DNA of 64,000 nucleotides, from NCBI RefSeq assembly GCF_001194135.2, contig NC_068981.1, forward strand, positions 33,647,646 through 33,711,645. The letters are read 5' to 3'. Under the pieces are notes generated by a model. It ran no database searches. It was not told the DNA's origin and saw only the letters and a program-made list of their open reading frames with translations. The number at the start of each line of letters is the position of its first letter. Position 1 is the first letter of the stretch. Shown here piece after piece: positions 13,366 through 26,120 of the stretch. The DNA is from Octopus bimaculoides (taxonomy: Eukaryota). The position numbers and the translations under genes are program-made.

Positions 13366-13954
13366 ACTTTTCTCCCCTGTTCTCAACTCTGGGTTGTCAC
13401 TTTTATTTCTCTCCAGCTTGATCCTTGCTCTTTCAGCTCTGTGACTTTGCAGCATCCTTTCAGATTCTGAAGCACCACATCATGTTTTTCTGAGGGTAGG
13501 CCTTCCTCTCCGAGATGGAAGGCCCTACCAGGAGCCTGTACTCCACTGACAAAGCTCTCAGGGTCATTGAGGCACACAAGCCACTACATCACAACAAAAA
13601 CTAGACCATGTGGTAGCATCCAACTCATGCTAGCATGTGAGAGTGGACATAAAAAAATGATGGCATTGGTCACTTGGAGTATCTGGAGACGCCATAAAAT
13701 CTACCCCCACTTCTGACTAATGTATTAAAATCAAAAAGTACATGGTAGTAGAAGTCAGTTATGTCTACTCTTAGTCTCTCTCTACACCATCAGCGACACA
13801 AAAGTAATCTTATAATATTTCTTGATGTCTAGAAAGACAAAGAATCCTTTTGTTTTCGATGGGCTTTGATATAATTCTATAAATAACTTTCAGCTCTAAG
13901 AAAAGACAATACATTCAACAAAGAATACCAACATACCAACAACCTGCCTATAGA

Positions 13955-14022
13955 CTACTACTACTACTACTACTACTACTATTACTACTACTACTACTAC
14001 TACCACAACCACAACCACTACA

Positions 14023-14067
<45 letters not shown>

Positions 14068-14070
14068 GCT
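13955..14070. repeat. (TAC)n microsatellite, about 100 nt past the GC donor of intron 6
   Basis: tactactac... with a short (ACAACC)n interruption. Confidence 0.95.
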
Positions 14071-14174
14071 GCTGCTAAATGCTTCATGGAAATAGAGAAA
14101 AAAAAAATGTGTTAATTCATTTCAGGTAAGAGCATTTCATTAATAGGATACAAAGACAGAAAGAAGGTACTTGC

Positions 14175-14303
14175 CTTGCTGCAATGACTGGAAAGAATGG
14201 TGTCAAAATTAGATGTACTGTACAAAACCATGCTGCACCTAGAATCATTCCCAGAAGAGCACCACATAGCACTTGACTAACAAAGTGATATCCTAAGTAA
14301 ACT
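14175..14303 (-). CDS. DOLPP1: DOLPP1 exon 6 (129 nt; PAP2 motif 3; GC donor)
   Basis: Acceptor ttttataatacag|A, donor AAG|gcaagt. (R)VYLGYHFVSQVLCGALLGMILGAAWFCTVHLILTPFFPVIAA completes SRxxxxxHxxxQ. Confidence 0.93.
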
Positions 14304-16879
14304 CTGTATTATAAAAGAAAAATATATTCTTGATATTAATTACATATAATTTTTGCCTTCATTTATAATTAGGTTTTACAAGCTTCAGTACATGTTTTAA
14401 GTTGTATGTTTTTATTCAATTAAATTTCAACAAATATCATTATGCACATACAAATGTGTGTTTGTGTATGTATGTATATATGTGTACACACACACAAATT
14501 TTTTTTCCTATGATCTGTTGAGCTCATCATCTTTTGACATCTATGTTCTATGCTGGCATGGGTTGGATGGATGGATGAATGGACAAGATCTGACTGATGC
14601 AAGGCCTGCAGCACGTGCCATTGTCTATTTTGGCATGGTTTCTACAGCCGGATGCCCTTTCTTATACCAAGCATTTTAGAACATGTACTGGGCGCTATTT
14701 TCATGCCAGTAGCACTTGTCAGGCTGTCATGCAGCTTACAAAGCTACAAAACCCTGTGCTTGAGGATGAGGGGTTAAAGTGTGAGAGAAGGAGGCAGAGC
14801 AGAAACGGGTTTCTTGCTGTAAGAGGGTTTCATGGCTACATACATTTTAGAAGAGAAGGTAAAGGACAAGCAGGGAAGAGTGAAAATAGTGATGAGGCAT
14901 CTATGTGGACCCTTAAAGTTATGGGGTGAGNNNNNNNNNNNNNNNNNNNNNNNNNNNNNNNNNNNNNNNNNNNNNNNNNNNNNNNNNNNNNNNNNNNNNN
15001 NNNNNNNNNNNNNNNNNNNNNNNNNNNNNNNNNNNNNNNNNNNNNNNNNNNNNNNNNNNNNNNNNNNNNNNNNNNNNNNNNNNNNNNNNNNNNNNNNNNN
15101 NNNNNNNNNNNNNNNNNNNNNNNNNNNNNNTGGGTGGGTGGGTAAATGCTGCAAGAGGATAAGAGAGCGAGAGATGGGGAATGGGTGAAACAGTGAATAT
15201 AATGAAGAATAAAGGGGAGGTAGGGAAGAGCAGGTGACAACTGTAGAGATTGGATAGGGTTGAGGGGTGGATATAATGAATGGAGGGAGTGACCAATGGT
15301 GCAATGGGGGAGAATAGCAGAACAGTAATGATGATACAGTAGACAAGGGAAGAATCAGAGAGAGAGAGAGAGGCAACCATAGGGCATGAGAAGAGTGAGA
15401 AATGTATGGTGGTGCAGCAGGTGAGATGATTTGGATTGAGATAAAAAATACTTGCAATATCTATGCTTGTAGATTAACTAAATGTAATTTACCAATGTAT
15501 TTCAATGCTCATTAATGATGTTATAGGTTTAGTAATGATGCCAGCAAGATAAAGAATAAAGACAAAGAAAAGAGAAAGAAAGAATCAAAAACAAAGACTA
15601 CTATACTACTCTAGTTAACATGCAAGTACACGGCATTAAAAAGTTAAATGATTATAAAGATAGACAACAGTTAAATCTCAGTTTATTTGCTCACTTCATT
15701 TTTAACACGCACATTCTTCCACTCTGTCCATATTTTTATTGTTGCAAATATTTATCCTTTTTGTGACTATATTTCAAAAAAGAAAATGTTCTGTTATTGT
15801 TTTTATTTTCAAAACAATATTTACAAGAGGTTTGCTGAAATAACTAAACTTAATAAAAGAACATCTTTTGATGTTGAAATCCTATATAAAAATTTTAATC
15901 TAAGATTTGAATATAAATTTCAGCACTTAGATAAAGGTGCAATTATTTTATTTTACATCCCAATCCATGAACAACAGAGTCATGGTCACATGTTTTTAAA
16001 GGAGTAATTGTTGATTCATTGCATTTCTGATGGTGAGAATCGGTGGTGGCTTGTAGATAAAATTAGTGGGGATGCTGCTTCAGAAAATGTTTAGCCGTTG
16101 TTTTAATATTGTGTAAAAGGAAGCAAACATATAAAAAGAAAATTTATACATAAACGCATTTCAGCCACTGCCGGGTAGTGTGTTTAATTTGTTCACTGAA
16201 CACCGCCGTGAATTCTCCTTTGTTTTTCAAAAATCCCCCCTAATCATTTATAGTTGCATTTCCATGTTCCTTTCTCTTTGAGTTAATGACAACAAGAGTA
16301 CCATTATTATTATTTTCACCTTATCAATCTTCACTTAACTCAATTGTTCTCAAAATATGAAGAATATAGATGTTTGATAGACTTGGATGTAAGGAAGAAG
16401 TGAAGTTGTTAAATGAATAAATCATTTTACACAGAAATAAAACAATAATCAGGCCAAGTTAAAATCACAAAATTACTGATGTTAAATTCCCTTTGCTCCA
16501 GAACTGTCCTGAAATTGGACTTAGTGGGGTAAAAAAACCTTTACTTTGTTTGTTTATTCATTTTTGCATGTTATTTTTTTTTCCTATGCTAGCATAGATT
16601 AGACAAACACGTAATTAAGACATTGCTTTACAGTTACCATTACCTGTTTTTCAAGTAAGGGATCTTTTATTTTATACATCTTTGAAGGTGCAAAACCAGC
16701 AGACAATTTCTTGAAAGGAGAAACGGCAACATCACTGCTTGTAGCTTGCAACTTTCAGAGAAGCACAACTGGAAGCAAACACACACACACACACACATTC
16801 TCTGAGTTTAGCAGTAGGCTTCAAAATAAACTGAATGAACGCAAAATACATGCAGTCCAGAAATGCAGCACAAGACTGA

Positions 16880-17450
16880 CCCATAGTGGGAAGTGATGAA
16901 ATTGAGAAGGTGAAAGTGTACATCTACTTTGAACAGACAGTAAATATATGCTGAGATAAGAATGCAGAAATTTGCACAGAGTAAGAAGAAGATGGAAAGC
17001 ATTTGCCTTGATTAGAAATGTGCCCAAAGTACAGCTGGACGAGACTGTGTGCAAATCACTTCAAATGCACTGTCCTACGTACAAGGGCTACCATGGAGAA
17101 AGAACTCATAACTATCTACAATACAGAGGGCCATGGAAAAATTCATGTTAAGAATATTGTCGCTGGAGCGTATCTAAAATGAGGTGATTCAAGAATGGAG
17201 TTGAGTGAATGATGTGGTCATGGAATACTGAAAGCCCAAGTTCCTCTGAGCCAGACATGTTACAAGGTTCACAGACAACAGGTGGACAGATGCAGTTGTG
17301 AAGTGGTATCCAAGAAATTGGAAGAGACCAACTGAAAGCTTTTCAAAATGATAGGAAGATAACATATTCAAAAACTTTGGGCCCAAATGGAAGAGAAGGG
17401 TGCACTCAAGAGAAGCATGGATACACATTATGATCAGTGGTAAATGGTAA
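16880..17450 (+). mobile_element. Decayed RTE-clade LINE, ORF2 C-terminal fragment
   Basis: Interrupted translation EIEKVKVYIYFEQ...RWKAF...RHVTRFTDNRWTDAVVKWYPRNWKRP resembles the RTE ORF2 3' domain. Confidence 0.75.
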
Positions 17451-17781
17451 GGATATCCAACTGACTGGTCGCTAGAGCAATACACATATATGCATGCTTG
17501 CACCCACACACACAATGGGTTTCCTCCATTTTCTGTCTACCAAATCCACTAATAAGGCTTTTGTCAGTCTGGAGTTATAGAATAAACTTGCCCAAGATGC
17601 CGTGCAGTGGAGTTGCAGAAAATAAAAATTTTTTCTAGTAGCTAACTAGGTTGTGGTTAATTGTAATTTTTTAAAATTCATTTAATAATATAAAAATTTG
17701 AAGTTGGAAAAATTATGAAATTTAATATTTTTATTTGAGAAACAAAAATATGTAGAGTTTTAAAATTACAAATATACTTAC

Positions 17782-17874
17782 CGACTAATACATACTAACA
17801 CTGTTACTATACATGTTAAGCAACTGACTACAATTTTCCATGAGTCATCTATCCAATTGTAGTTTCTATAAAGC
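17782..17874 (-). CDS. DOLPP1: DOLPP1 exon 5 (93 nt)
   Basis: Acceptor ttctatttttcag|G, donor TCG|gtaagt. (R)LYRNYNWIDDSWKIVVSCLTCIVTVLVCIS(R). Phase 2/2 fits both neighbours. Confidence 0.93.
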
Positions 17875-20298
17875 CTGAAAAATAGAAACAAATATAAATA
17901 ACATTCTAAAATAACAAGAAAAATTTGTTGGTCACAAATCAGACTAATTTAAATTGGAGAAAATGTGAAATATATGAAATACAATTCAATTACAAGTGAA
18001 ATTATATATTTTGAACACATCAGGCAAAAAGTAAAAGAGCAAAATATAAATATTAGTCAAAAGAAAGCAAAAAGTTTAAAGTGGTGTAACAAAGAAGTAA
18101 ATTTTATGGATAAGGGGAGATAATCAACTGAAACTATTGGTCCCAGCATGACTGCCGCCCAATGACTGGCATCAATTAAAATATTAAAAGAATGGATGTT
18201 CCTGGCAAGCTTTGCTTAAAGTCTCGAAAGACAGGTTTTCCAAATTATTGGCTGCTTTGCAACCAGGTGGTTTCACATTCACTCCCAAAGCATGGCACCT
18301 TGGGCAAATAATCTTCTACTATAACCCTAGGCCAACCAATGCCTTGTGAGTGAATTTGATAGATAGAAACTGTGAAGAAGCCTGTCATGTGTGTGTGTGT
18401 GTGTTTGTATTACATTTGTCTCCCGCTACCACTTGATGACCAGTGTTGGTTTGTCAGCAAAAGAGACTGACAGAATAAGTACCAGGCTTAAAAAAAAAAA
18501 AAATGGAGGAGTTGATTTGTTGAACTAAACCCTTTGAGATAGTGCCCCAGTATGACTGCAGTCTAATGACGGAAACAAGTAAAAGACAAAAGAATGCATT
18601 CCGTTCACTGAGGGTGGAAACAAGGATATTGGCTGAAGGAAGCCCCGATTAAAAGGAAAAGTTCTTTTGGTGTTAGAGTCATGATAAACACACCATAGTT
18701 GGAGGCAGCAAACCATAACATTCCAACAACAATGGCAACAAAGAACAGTGTACCAAAAAGTAAATAATATTTAAATAAAGCACCAACAATACTACAGTGG
18801 AGAGATACTGCAAGAAAAACTGAAAGTAGTGGGTGATGAACTGGTTCCGCTAATGAATCTGAGTATTGAAATAATCAGAGCGTAACACTACTATGGTTTT
18901 CACATATCTTCATAATATCAGTAGGATAAATAAATTGTTAATTTTTAAACAATTCTTAGATATTTCGGTATTCAGCCATTAAAAATAGACTGAGATTGAA
19001 GGACAACTCAGAATCCTAGTAAGAAAAAGATTCATTTGTTTCTTTAATATCTTTTCTTTTTTTTTTTGATAACTTGGGTTTGGATGGGGGAGTTATTTCA
19101 GGCAGGAGTTTTATAGCTGGATGCTCTTCCTGTTGCCAAACCTTACACGATTTTTCAAGAGATTTTCATTTCTTCATTCTGGTTTTCAAAAATGCGGAGC
19201 AACTGGTCATTATACAAGGAATGTCAGCATCACTGCTGTTTTGCTTAACCAGTGACAAGCATGGAATATCAACAAACATACAAATTTGTGCAGGTATGCA
19301 TACATACATGCACACATACACGCAATCAGACATGTTTTATTCTTTTATGTATTTCATTCGAGTGTGACCATGCTGGGTTTAGTCAAATAAATTGACCACA
19401 GTACATGTTTTAAGCTTATTGTTCTATTGATTATCTTTTTGTTGAACCACTAAGTTACAGGGGCATAAACCAACATTGATTGTCAAGTGAGGGTGAGGTG
19501 GCAAACATAAAGATGCACATACACACGCACACACATGTGCATGCAGATGATGGGCTGTGTTCAATTTCAGTCTACCAAATTCATTCACAAGGTATTAGTC
19601 AGCCTAGGGTTATAGTAGAAGACACTTGCCCAAGGTGCCACACAGGTAACTGAAGCCAAAACCATACCGGTGCCTAACAATAGATAAATCTTAACAGAAC
19701 CACTTTCTCAGGCAATAAACTCACCTTAATTTCACCTAACATTTTATTTTGTTGAAAACCATAGGATTGTTGTGTAAAATATGAATTTATATTGTACTAT
19801 TGATTTGATATAAATAGCTGGTAATCAATAAAGAATATAGTAAGGACAAATATAATTTTCTTTCCATATGAAAACAAGACTTAATGAAGCATGTGTAAGA
19901 AGTATGAAGCTATATGGTACTGAAATATGAACAATGAGAGCAGAGTGTCTGCATCAATTGAAAAATTAGTTTTGTATTATTTATTGGATGTGCAATATTG
20001 ACTTGGAAGAAAGACAAAGTGTAAGGGAATTGAGAAAGTAACTATACAGTAATAGTGTTAGCTAATGTATGCATGCATGGACATGTAGTGTATAGCCACA
20101 ATGCATTGTGGAGGAAGAGTTTGCTATGAAATTGAGGAAGATGAATATACATACTTTTGTAAAGGTAAATCAAAATAAACATTAATAATACATGTCGGGT
20201 ATAACCAGAAAATACAAAACTATCAGATAAGAAAGTCAAGGGGTATGTCATTCAGTCTGTTAGAAAAAGTAACCAAATTTCACTAAAACTACATTCTA

Positions 20299-20425
20299 CA
20301 GGGTGTCCACAAAGTCTGGATACATGTGGATTAACACATACTTTAAGAAATTATTATTTCTTATATTTAATTGTTTATGTTATGATTTTATTTACTCTAT
20401 GTACCCAGACCTTGTGGACACCCTG
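20299..20425. mobile_element. Tc1/mariner-type MITE (127 bp)
   Basis: 27-bp TIRs CAGGGTGTCCACAAAGTCTGGATACAT / ATGTACCCAGACCTTGTGGACACCCTG (2 mismatches) with a TA target duplication on both sides. Confidence 0.85.
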
Positions 20426-22539
20426 TACAATGTTGAAAATAAAGGAATACGTTAAATAGCCTGGGACACACTATACCTGAGAAGCAAAAAGACAGGAGAA
20501 TCCTGGTTGGAATGTCTTTGATTATAGTCTATTTGGGCCTCACGGAGGCAAGGTGGCTGAGTTCCTTTTGAATAGGACTCACGGAGACAAGATAGTTGAG
20601 TTCCTTTTGAGCGTTGGGCCTCACGGAGGCAAAGACCAAGACCTTTGGCATTATGTCGTGCTTGATAAGAAGACTCATCAAGCTGAGCAAAATTGCAGTT
20701 GTGGCAAATGATGATGATGATGATAATCATGCTTGATCAGGGATTAAACAACAGTAGCAGCAATACAGTTAAGATGCACGGAAGTGTAAAAACATATCTC
20801 TACACAAGCATGTGTGTGCAGGGGGTAGTGGGTAAATGCTTTTTGAGTGAGTTTATATTTGCTGGCAACTAAAACTGTCTGGAATGTTTTCACATATTGG
20901 CAACAAGATCACATGCATTTAGTGGGGAAAGAAAGCCTTTACATCGTTGCCCAGTCTGCTATAAATCTCCCTAAAACCATATTCTGCCATGTTAAAAACG
21001 AAAGGATATATTAAATAGTTTGTCTAGAATCTTTTGGCAATCAGATCTCAAGCATTTAAGGGAAGAGTTTAGTTGATTTAATTAACTCCAAAACTTCTAT
21101 TATTTTACCACCACCTTCACTTTTCATCTCCATTGAGGAAAGGCAAAGTGGTCCAAGTGGGATTTGAACTCACAACATAGAAAGATGAAACTGAATACTG
21201 TAAAGTATTCAGTCTGATACTAGTTACTATATCAATTGCTCCACTAGTCCAAGATCTTATGCGGAGTTGCCAACCAGTCTTGATAAATTTTACGAAAACT
21301 AGGTCGATGAACATAAACCTAGTTTATCTTACTTGTCCTTAAAACAGCTACTAAAATCTTTGGGTTACATTGAGCGCCAAACTGCTCCTAGTCATTGCAT
21401 GACTGTATGAAGTATCGTGGCAGAAGTAGGACAATAAGCTAGGGAGTTGTTAGACATGCTGGTTGTTTCATGGTTTGAAATGTTTCAGTTGATTAACTCC
21501 ATGCAAATAGATCTACAGAAGCAGAACTGTTGGAAATTATCGAACAACAATAATAACTTGTTTAGGAGCTGTACTTGTTTGACAAGTGACTTGATCTGAG
21601 AGCATGTGTGGCGAAACTGAAACAATTACATTATGAAGAGTTGTTTTAACCATTGAAAAAACACACAGAAAAATTGTTACATTCACTTTTTGTTTATCTC
21701 TTAATAACAGCCCAATAATTTGAGAACAAAAAGAACATAGGCCTTATTCTCTGGACATACGCAATGTTTGTTGTGAAAGTGTACCCATGGTAAATATGCT
21801 AGCATTTTAACATAATGTAGTCATAGTTAACAATTTCATTGTGTTATACACAATAAAACATTTACATAGTTTTGTATCACACTGCTTTGATGTTTCCTTT
21901 TTGCATCTGCTTAGATTGGCAGCTATGTGCATGCATTTAACTATGTCTGTCTTCAGATCTTTCCAGTGCAAAAGTTCATGGCTAGCACTTATATTTTAAC
22001 GCTTTAGTTTACAGATTACCCTTTCAGATGTAGGGCTTATTTTTTTCATACTGTTTAGAATTAACCATGCATTATCTCAAAGCTTCAAGATTGTGATAAT
22101 GCAATTGTTTATTTTTAGAATGACATTGCAAGGTAGGTGTGAAAAACCAGATCTGACTCGTGCCAGTGGCACATGTAAAGACATTTGAGTGAGATCGTTG
22201 CCAGTGCCGATAGACTGGCTCCTGTGCAGGTGGCACGTAAAATACACCATGTCGAGTGTGGCCGTCGCCAATACTGCCTGACTGGCCCTTGTGCCAGTGG
22301 CACGTAAAAGCACCCACTACACTCTTGGAGTGGTTGGTGTTAGGAAGGGCATCCAGCTGCAGAAACTCTGCCAAATCAGATTGGAGCCTGGTGCAGCCAT
22401 CNNNNNNNNNNCATCCAGCTGCAGAAACTCTGCCAAATCAGATTGGAGCCTGGTGCAGCCATCTGGTTCGCCAGTCCTCAGTCAAATCGTCCAACCCATG
22501 CTACCAGTTTAAATGATAAAGGTTTAAATCCCTGGTACT

Positions 22540-22790
22540 TGTGTTCCCTGATGTTGAGTTATTATCCAACATTCTGTCATACATTAATCACTTGCTGTTC
22601 CTTTGCAACCACATATACACCTATACAAATGATATCACTCTTCACTCCACCTTGCGTATTACCGTCATCCCCCTGCACCCTAGACAACTAACACCAGACA
22701 TACCCCTCTCCTATGAACTTTGATTTCGAAGACATCCTGTGGCAGGGACATGCTAACCTAGTCTCCTTCAACAACACCAACATACACGTC
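22540..22790 (+). mobile_element. Decayed CR1/L2-type reverse transcriptase fragment
   Basis: INHLL..NHIYTYTNDITLH (a YADD remnant) and ..GHANLVSFNNT resemble CR1-group RT domains 5-6. Confidence 0.55.
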
Positions 22791-23496
22791 CACAATACAT
22801 ATTAAGAAAACAGAATAGCATTATATATTCTCTTTAACACCCAAATGGATATGACAAGTATCGACAAAATTCAGAGGATAGAATATAATTTCTTCACAGT
22901 GTGATCTTTAATCCAGTGTCATCTATATATAAAGGAAGCGTCATCAAGTGACACGGTTAAGATCGAGATTATCAAAATAGACACAGGCATGGCTGTGTGA
23001 TTAAGAAGCTTACTTTGCGATCGCATGGTTTCAGGTTCAATCTCACTTTGTGACACCTTGGGCTGTGAGCTGACCAATGCTTTGTGAGTGAATATGGTAG
23101 ATGGAAACTGTGTGGAAGCTTGTTGCATATATGTCTGTGTGTCTCCCACCCCATCCACTGTTTGACAACTAATGTTGGCTTGCTTACATTCCTGCAACTT
23201 AGTGGTTTGGCAAAAGGGACTGATAAAATAAGTAATAGACTTAGGAAATGCATACTGGGATTGATTTGTTCAACTGAACCCTTAATAGCACTGCTCCAGC
23301 ATAGCCACAGTCTAAGGACTGAAACAAGTAAGGCATAAAGAAAAAAAAAGACAACTTCAGTCTTTTGTTTTTTGTTATATTAAATGCTAGCTACAAGTAG
23401 CATTTTGGAATAGAGAAAGCAAACTGGCTCACTGATGGGATTTTGAACCAAAAACCCTGGATTGCCTGCATTTTGGCATTATTCAATTATCACATA

Positions 23497-24000
23497 AGGT
23501 GGTGAGCTGGCAGAAACGTTAGCACACCAGGCGAAATGCTTAGTGGTATTTCGTCTATCTTTATGTTCTGAGTTCAAATTCTTATTTCTTTATTGCCCAC
23601 AAGGGGCTAAACATAGAGGGAACAAACAAGGACAGACGAACGGATTAAGTCGATTACATCGACCCCCCCCAGTGCCTAACTGGTACTTAATTTATCGACC
23701 CCGAAAGGATGAAAGGCAAAGTCGACCTCGGTGGNNNNNNNNNNNNNNNNNNNNNNNNNNNNNNNNNNNNNNNNNNNNNNNNNNNNNNNNNNNNNNNNNN
23801 NNNNNNNNNNNNNNNNNNNNNNNNNNNNNNNNNNNNNNNNNNNNNNNNNNNNNNNNNNNNNNNNNNNNNNNNNNNNNNNNNNNNNNNNNNNNNNNNNNNN
23901 NNNNNNNNNNNNNNNNNNNNNNNNNNNNACTAGGTTGATCTATTCAACTGGCCCCCCCCTCCCCAAAAATTTCAGGCCTTGTGCCTGGAGTAGAAAAGAT
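23497..24000. mobile_element. Family D copy (+) interrupted by an inverted family D copy (-), with an N gap inside
   Basis: + head at 23497-23580, then the inverted tail and core at 23581-23734, the gap, then the + tail ...ggccttgtgcctggagtagaaaag. Confidence 0.7.
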
Positions 24001-24365
24001 TATTCATTTATTATATACAGCACACCATTCTATTTCTCAGACTAGTGCTTAACAATTCATTAACTCTTGACAGTTTATTCATGAACATCAAAACATCAGT
24101 GCAAGAAAAAAAAATTGCAAATAAACTGAGAATGACATGCTCTTTTTGTTAATTATAAACATAATTGTGAATACAATTTTGTAAAAAAATAAAAAGATCT
24201 ATTTTCGGCAAAATTATATTCACAATATAATATTTTCTATGAAATAAGTTGGTTGGCACGTTTAAATTGAAAAGTTGCTGACTACAGGATCTTTGTAAGG
24301 TTAAATCATTAACATGATAAGGATGATGATAATGATGATTATGATTGAATAAATAAAGAACTTAC

Positions 24366-24459
24366 CTAAATAACAAAAATAAGATAAGATATGTATTAAA
24401 AAAACCCATGAACTGAGAGTGACTTGAAGGCATTCCATAAATACCAATATGAATTTGAT
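24366..24459 (-). CDS. DOLPP1: DOLPP1 exon 4 (94 nt; PAP2 motif 2)
   Basis: Acceptor attttattcag|A, donor TAG|gtaag. (N)QIHIGIYGMPSSHSQFMGFFNTYLILFLLF(R) contains YGMPSSHSQFM. Confidence 0.96.
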
Positions 24460-25779
24460 CTGAATAAAATTTCAAAGAAAAAAAAAAATTATTAGAATTT
24501 CAATAAAAAATTTAGTTTAAAAATATATAGAAAATTTTTAAAAAACATCAAGAAAGAAGAGAAAGTATGAAATTGTTTCTGAAAATAATCTTTCAAAACA
24601 AATGATTTTTATGTACGTATTTGTATAGTTCAGTAAACTTGATAATTTTAAAAAGATAGATTTTCTATTTGAGGAAATACAAACAGATTGAATTCAAGAA
24701 ATAATAGAGGTGAGTTCCTGATCAATTACCACAAAAATAGCTAACCAAATATATTCTTGATCATACACTGCAGATAAAAAGAGGAAGAAAAAGAACTTTT
24801 GTCTAATGTGCTTACAGTGGTGAGGATATGCACTAGAGAATAAGTGCTTAAGCATAATCTAAATTTAGTTGCTATCATAACAAATCTAACTTACTATTAC
24901 AATTTATGATCAAAATTTTGTGCTTTTAATTTGAATAAAGGAATCTAAGTCATGAAATTTTCACAATGAAATAAATTAATGTCTTGTGATGATAATTAAA
25001 CTAGTCTACAATAGTTATATTAATAGGTTTAATACAGGGAATATTAAAAAAAACCTGTGAAGTAATTGTGCAATGAAGTAAAGATAATATTAGTTACTGG
25101 TCATCATAATTTTTCTAGAAAATATGGAAGACAAATCTGGAGGACATGTTTCAGTCTTATTTTGACATCATCAGCACTATCTTTTTTTTTTGTTATCCAT
25201 CTGGCCTTAGTTACTGCCTTGACTAGAGTGAGGATATATTTGTAACCCGACTGAGAGGGATGGGGCATGTTTCCAGCTCAGCTGAGAACAGGGACATGAT
25301 TATAGACTCGCTGAGAGCAGGAACATGTTTGCTACCCAAACCATAAATGGGAGCAACAGATATCCAACTGTGTATGGAAACATAGTTGTTGTTAGATAAC
25401 AATGCCATCTTAGCAAGCCAATTGTTTGTCATCACAAAATTGAAATCATCATCATTTAATGCCCGTTGTCCATGCTGGCATGAGTTGAATGGTTTGACCA
25501 GAGCCAGCAAGCTAGAGAGCTGATCTGGCATGATTTCTATGGCTAGATGCCCTTCCTAATGCTAACCATTTTACAGAGTGTGCTGGGTGCTTTTATGTGG
25601 CACAGCATAAGTGCTTCTGCATGGTACCAGCACAAGTGCTTCTTACAAGGTACTGGTACTTATTCTATTGGTGCCTTTTGCCAACCCACTAAGTTATTGG
25701 GACGTAAACAAACCAATACTGTACATTATATGCATTATTTACATTTTTACAGATATTTGTCCTCATCTTGCTTGTTGTT

Positions 25780-25822
25780 AACACGTTTCGGCTGATATAC
25801 CCTTCAGCCTTCATCAGGTGTC
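25780..25822 (-). ncRNA. Hammerhead motif lacking the cleavage triplet (defective)
   Basis: Minus strand reads GACAC-CUGAUGA-A-GGCUG[AAGGGUAUAU]CAGCC-GAAAC-GUGUU, a 3-nt deletion relative to the plus-arm copy. Confidence 0.7.
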
Positions 25823-26074
25823 TTGAGGAAATTTTGAACCTGGGTTCTCTTTCCTAAGGTATCTTTCGATATTATTATTATTTATTTATTATTATTATTA
25901 TTATTGTTATTATTATTCAGGTCACTGCCTGGAATTGAACTCGGAATCTTGGGGTTAAGAGCGCGGGCTACTAACCCCAAGATTCCGAGTTCGATTCCAG
26001 GCAGTGCCATTAATAATAATAATAACATCGAAAAATACCTTAGGAATGAGAACCTGGGTTCGAAATTTCTCCAA

Positions 26075-26120
26075 GACACCTGATGAAGGCTGGAGGGTAT
26101 ATCAGCTGAAACGTTGTGTT
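26075..26120 (+). ncRNA. Minimal type I hammerhead ribozyme motif (Penelope-like)
   Basis: GACAC-CUGAUGA-A-GGCUG[GAGGGUAUAU]CAGCU-GAAAC-GUU-GUGUU: stem I GACAC/GUGUU, 5-bp stem II, conserved core, palindromic ACGU stem III, GUU cleavage triplet. Confidence 0.75.

Noticed and set aside
13896-14087. Poly-Val, poly-ER and YI/HT ORFs
   Set aside because: Translations of (TAC)n, (GA)n, (TA)n and (CA)n microsatellites.
22361-22461. Tandem duplication around a 10-N gap (same pattern at 27139-27205)
   Set aside because: Identical sequence on both sides of a tiny gap is a contig-overlap assembly artefact.
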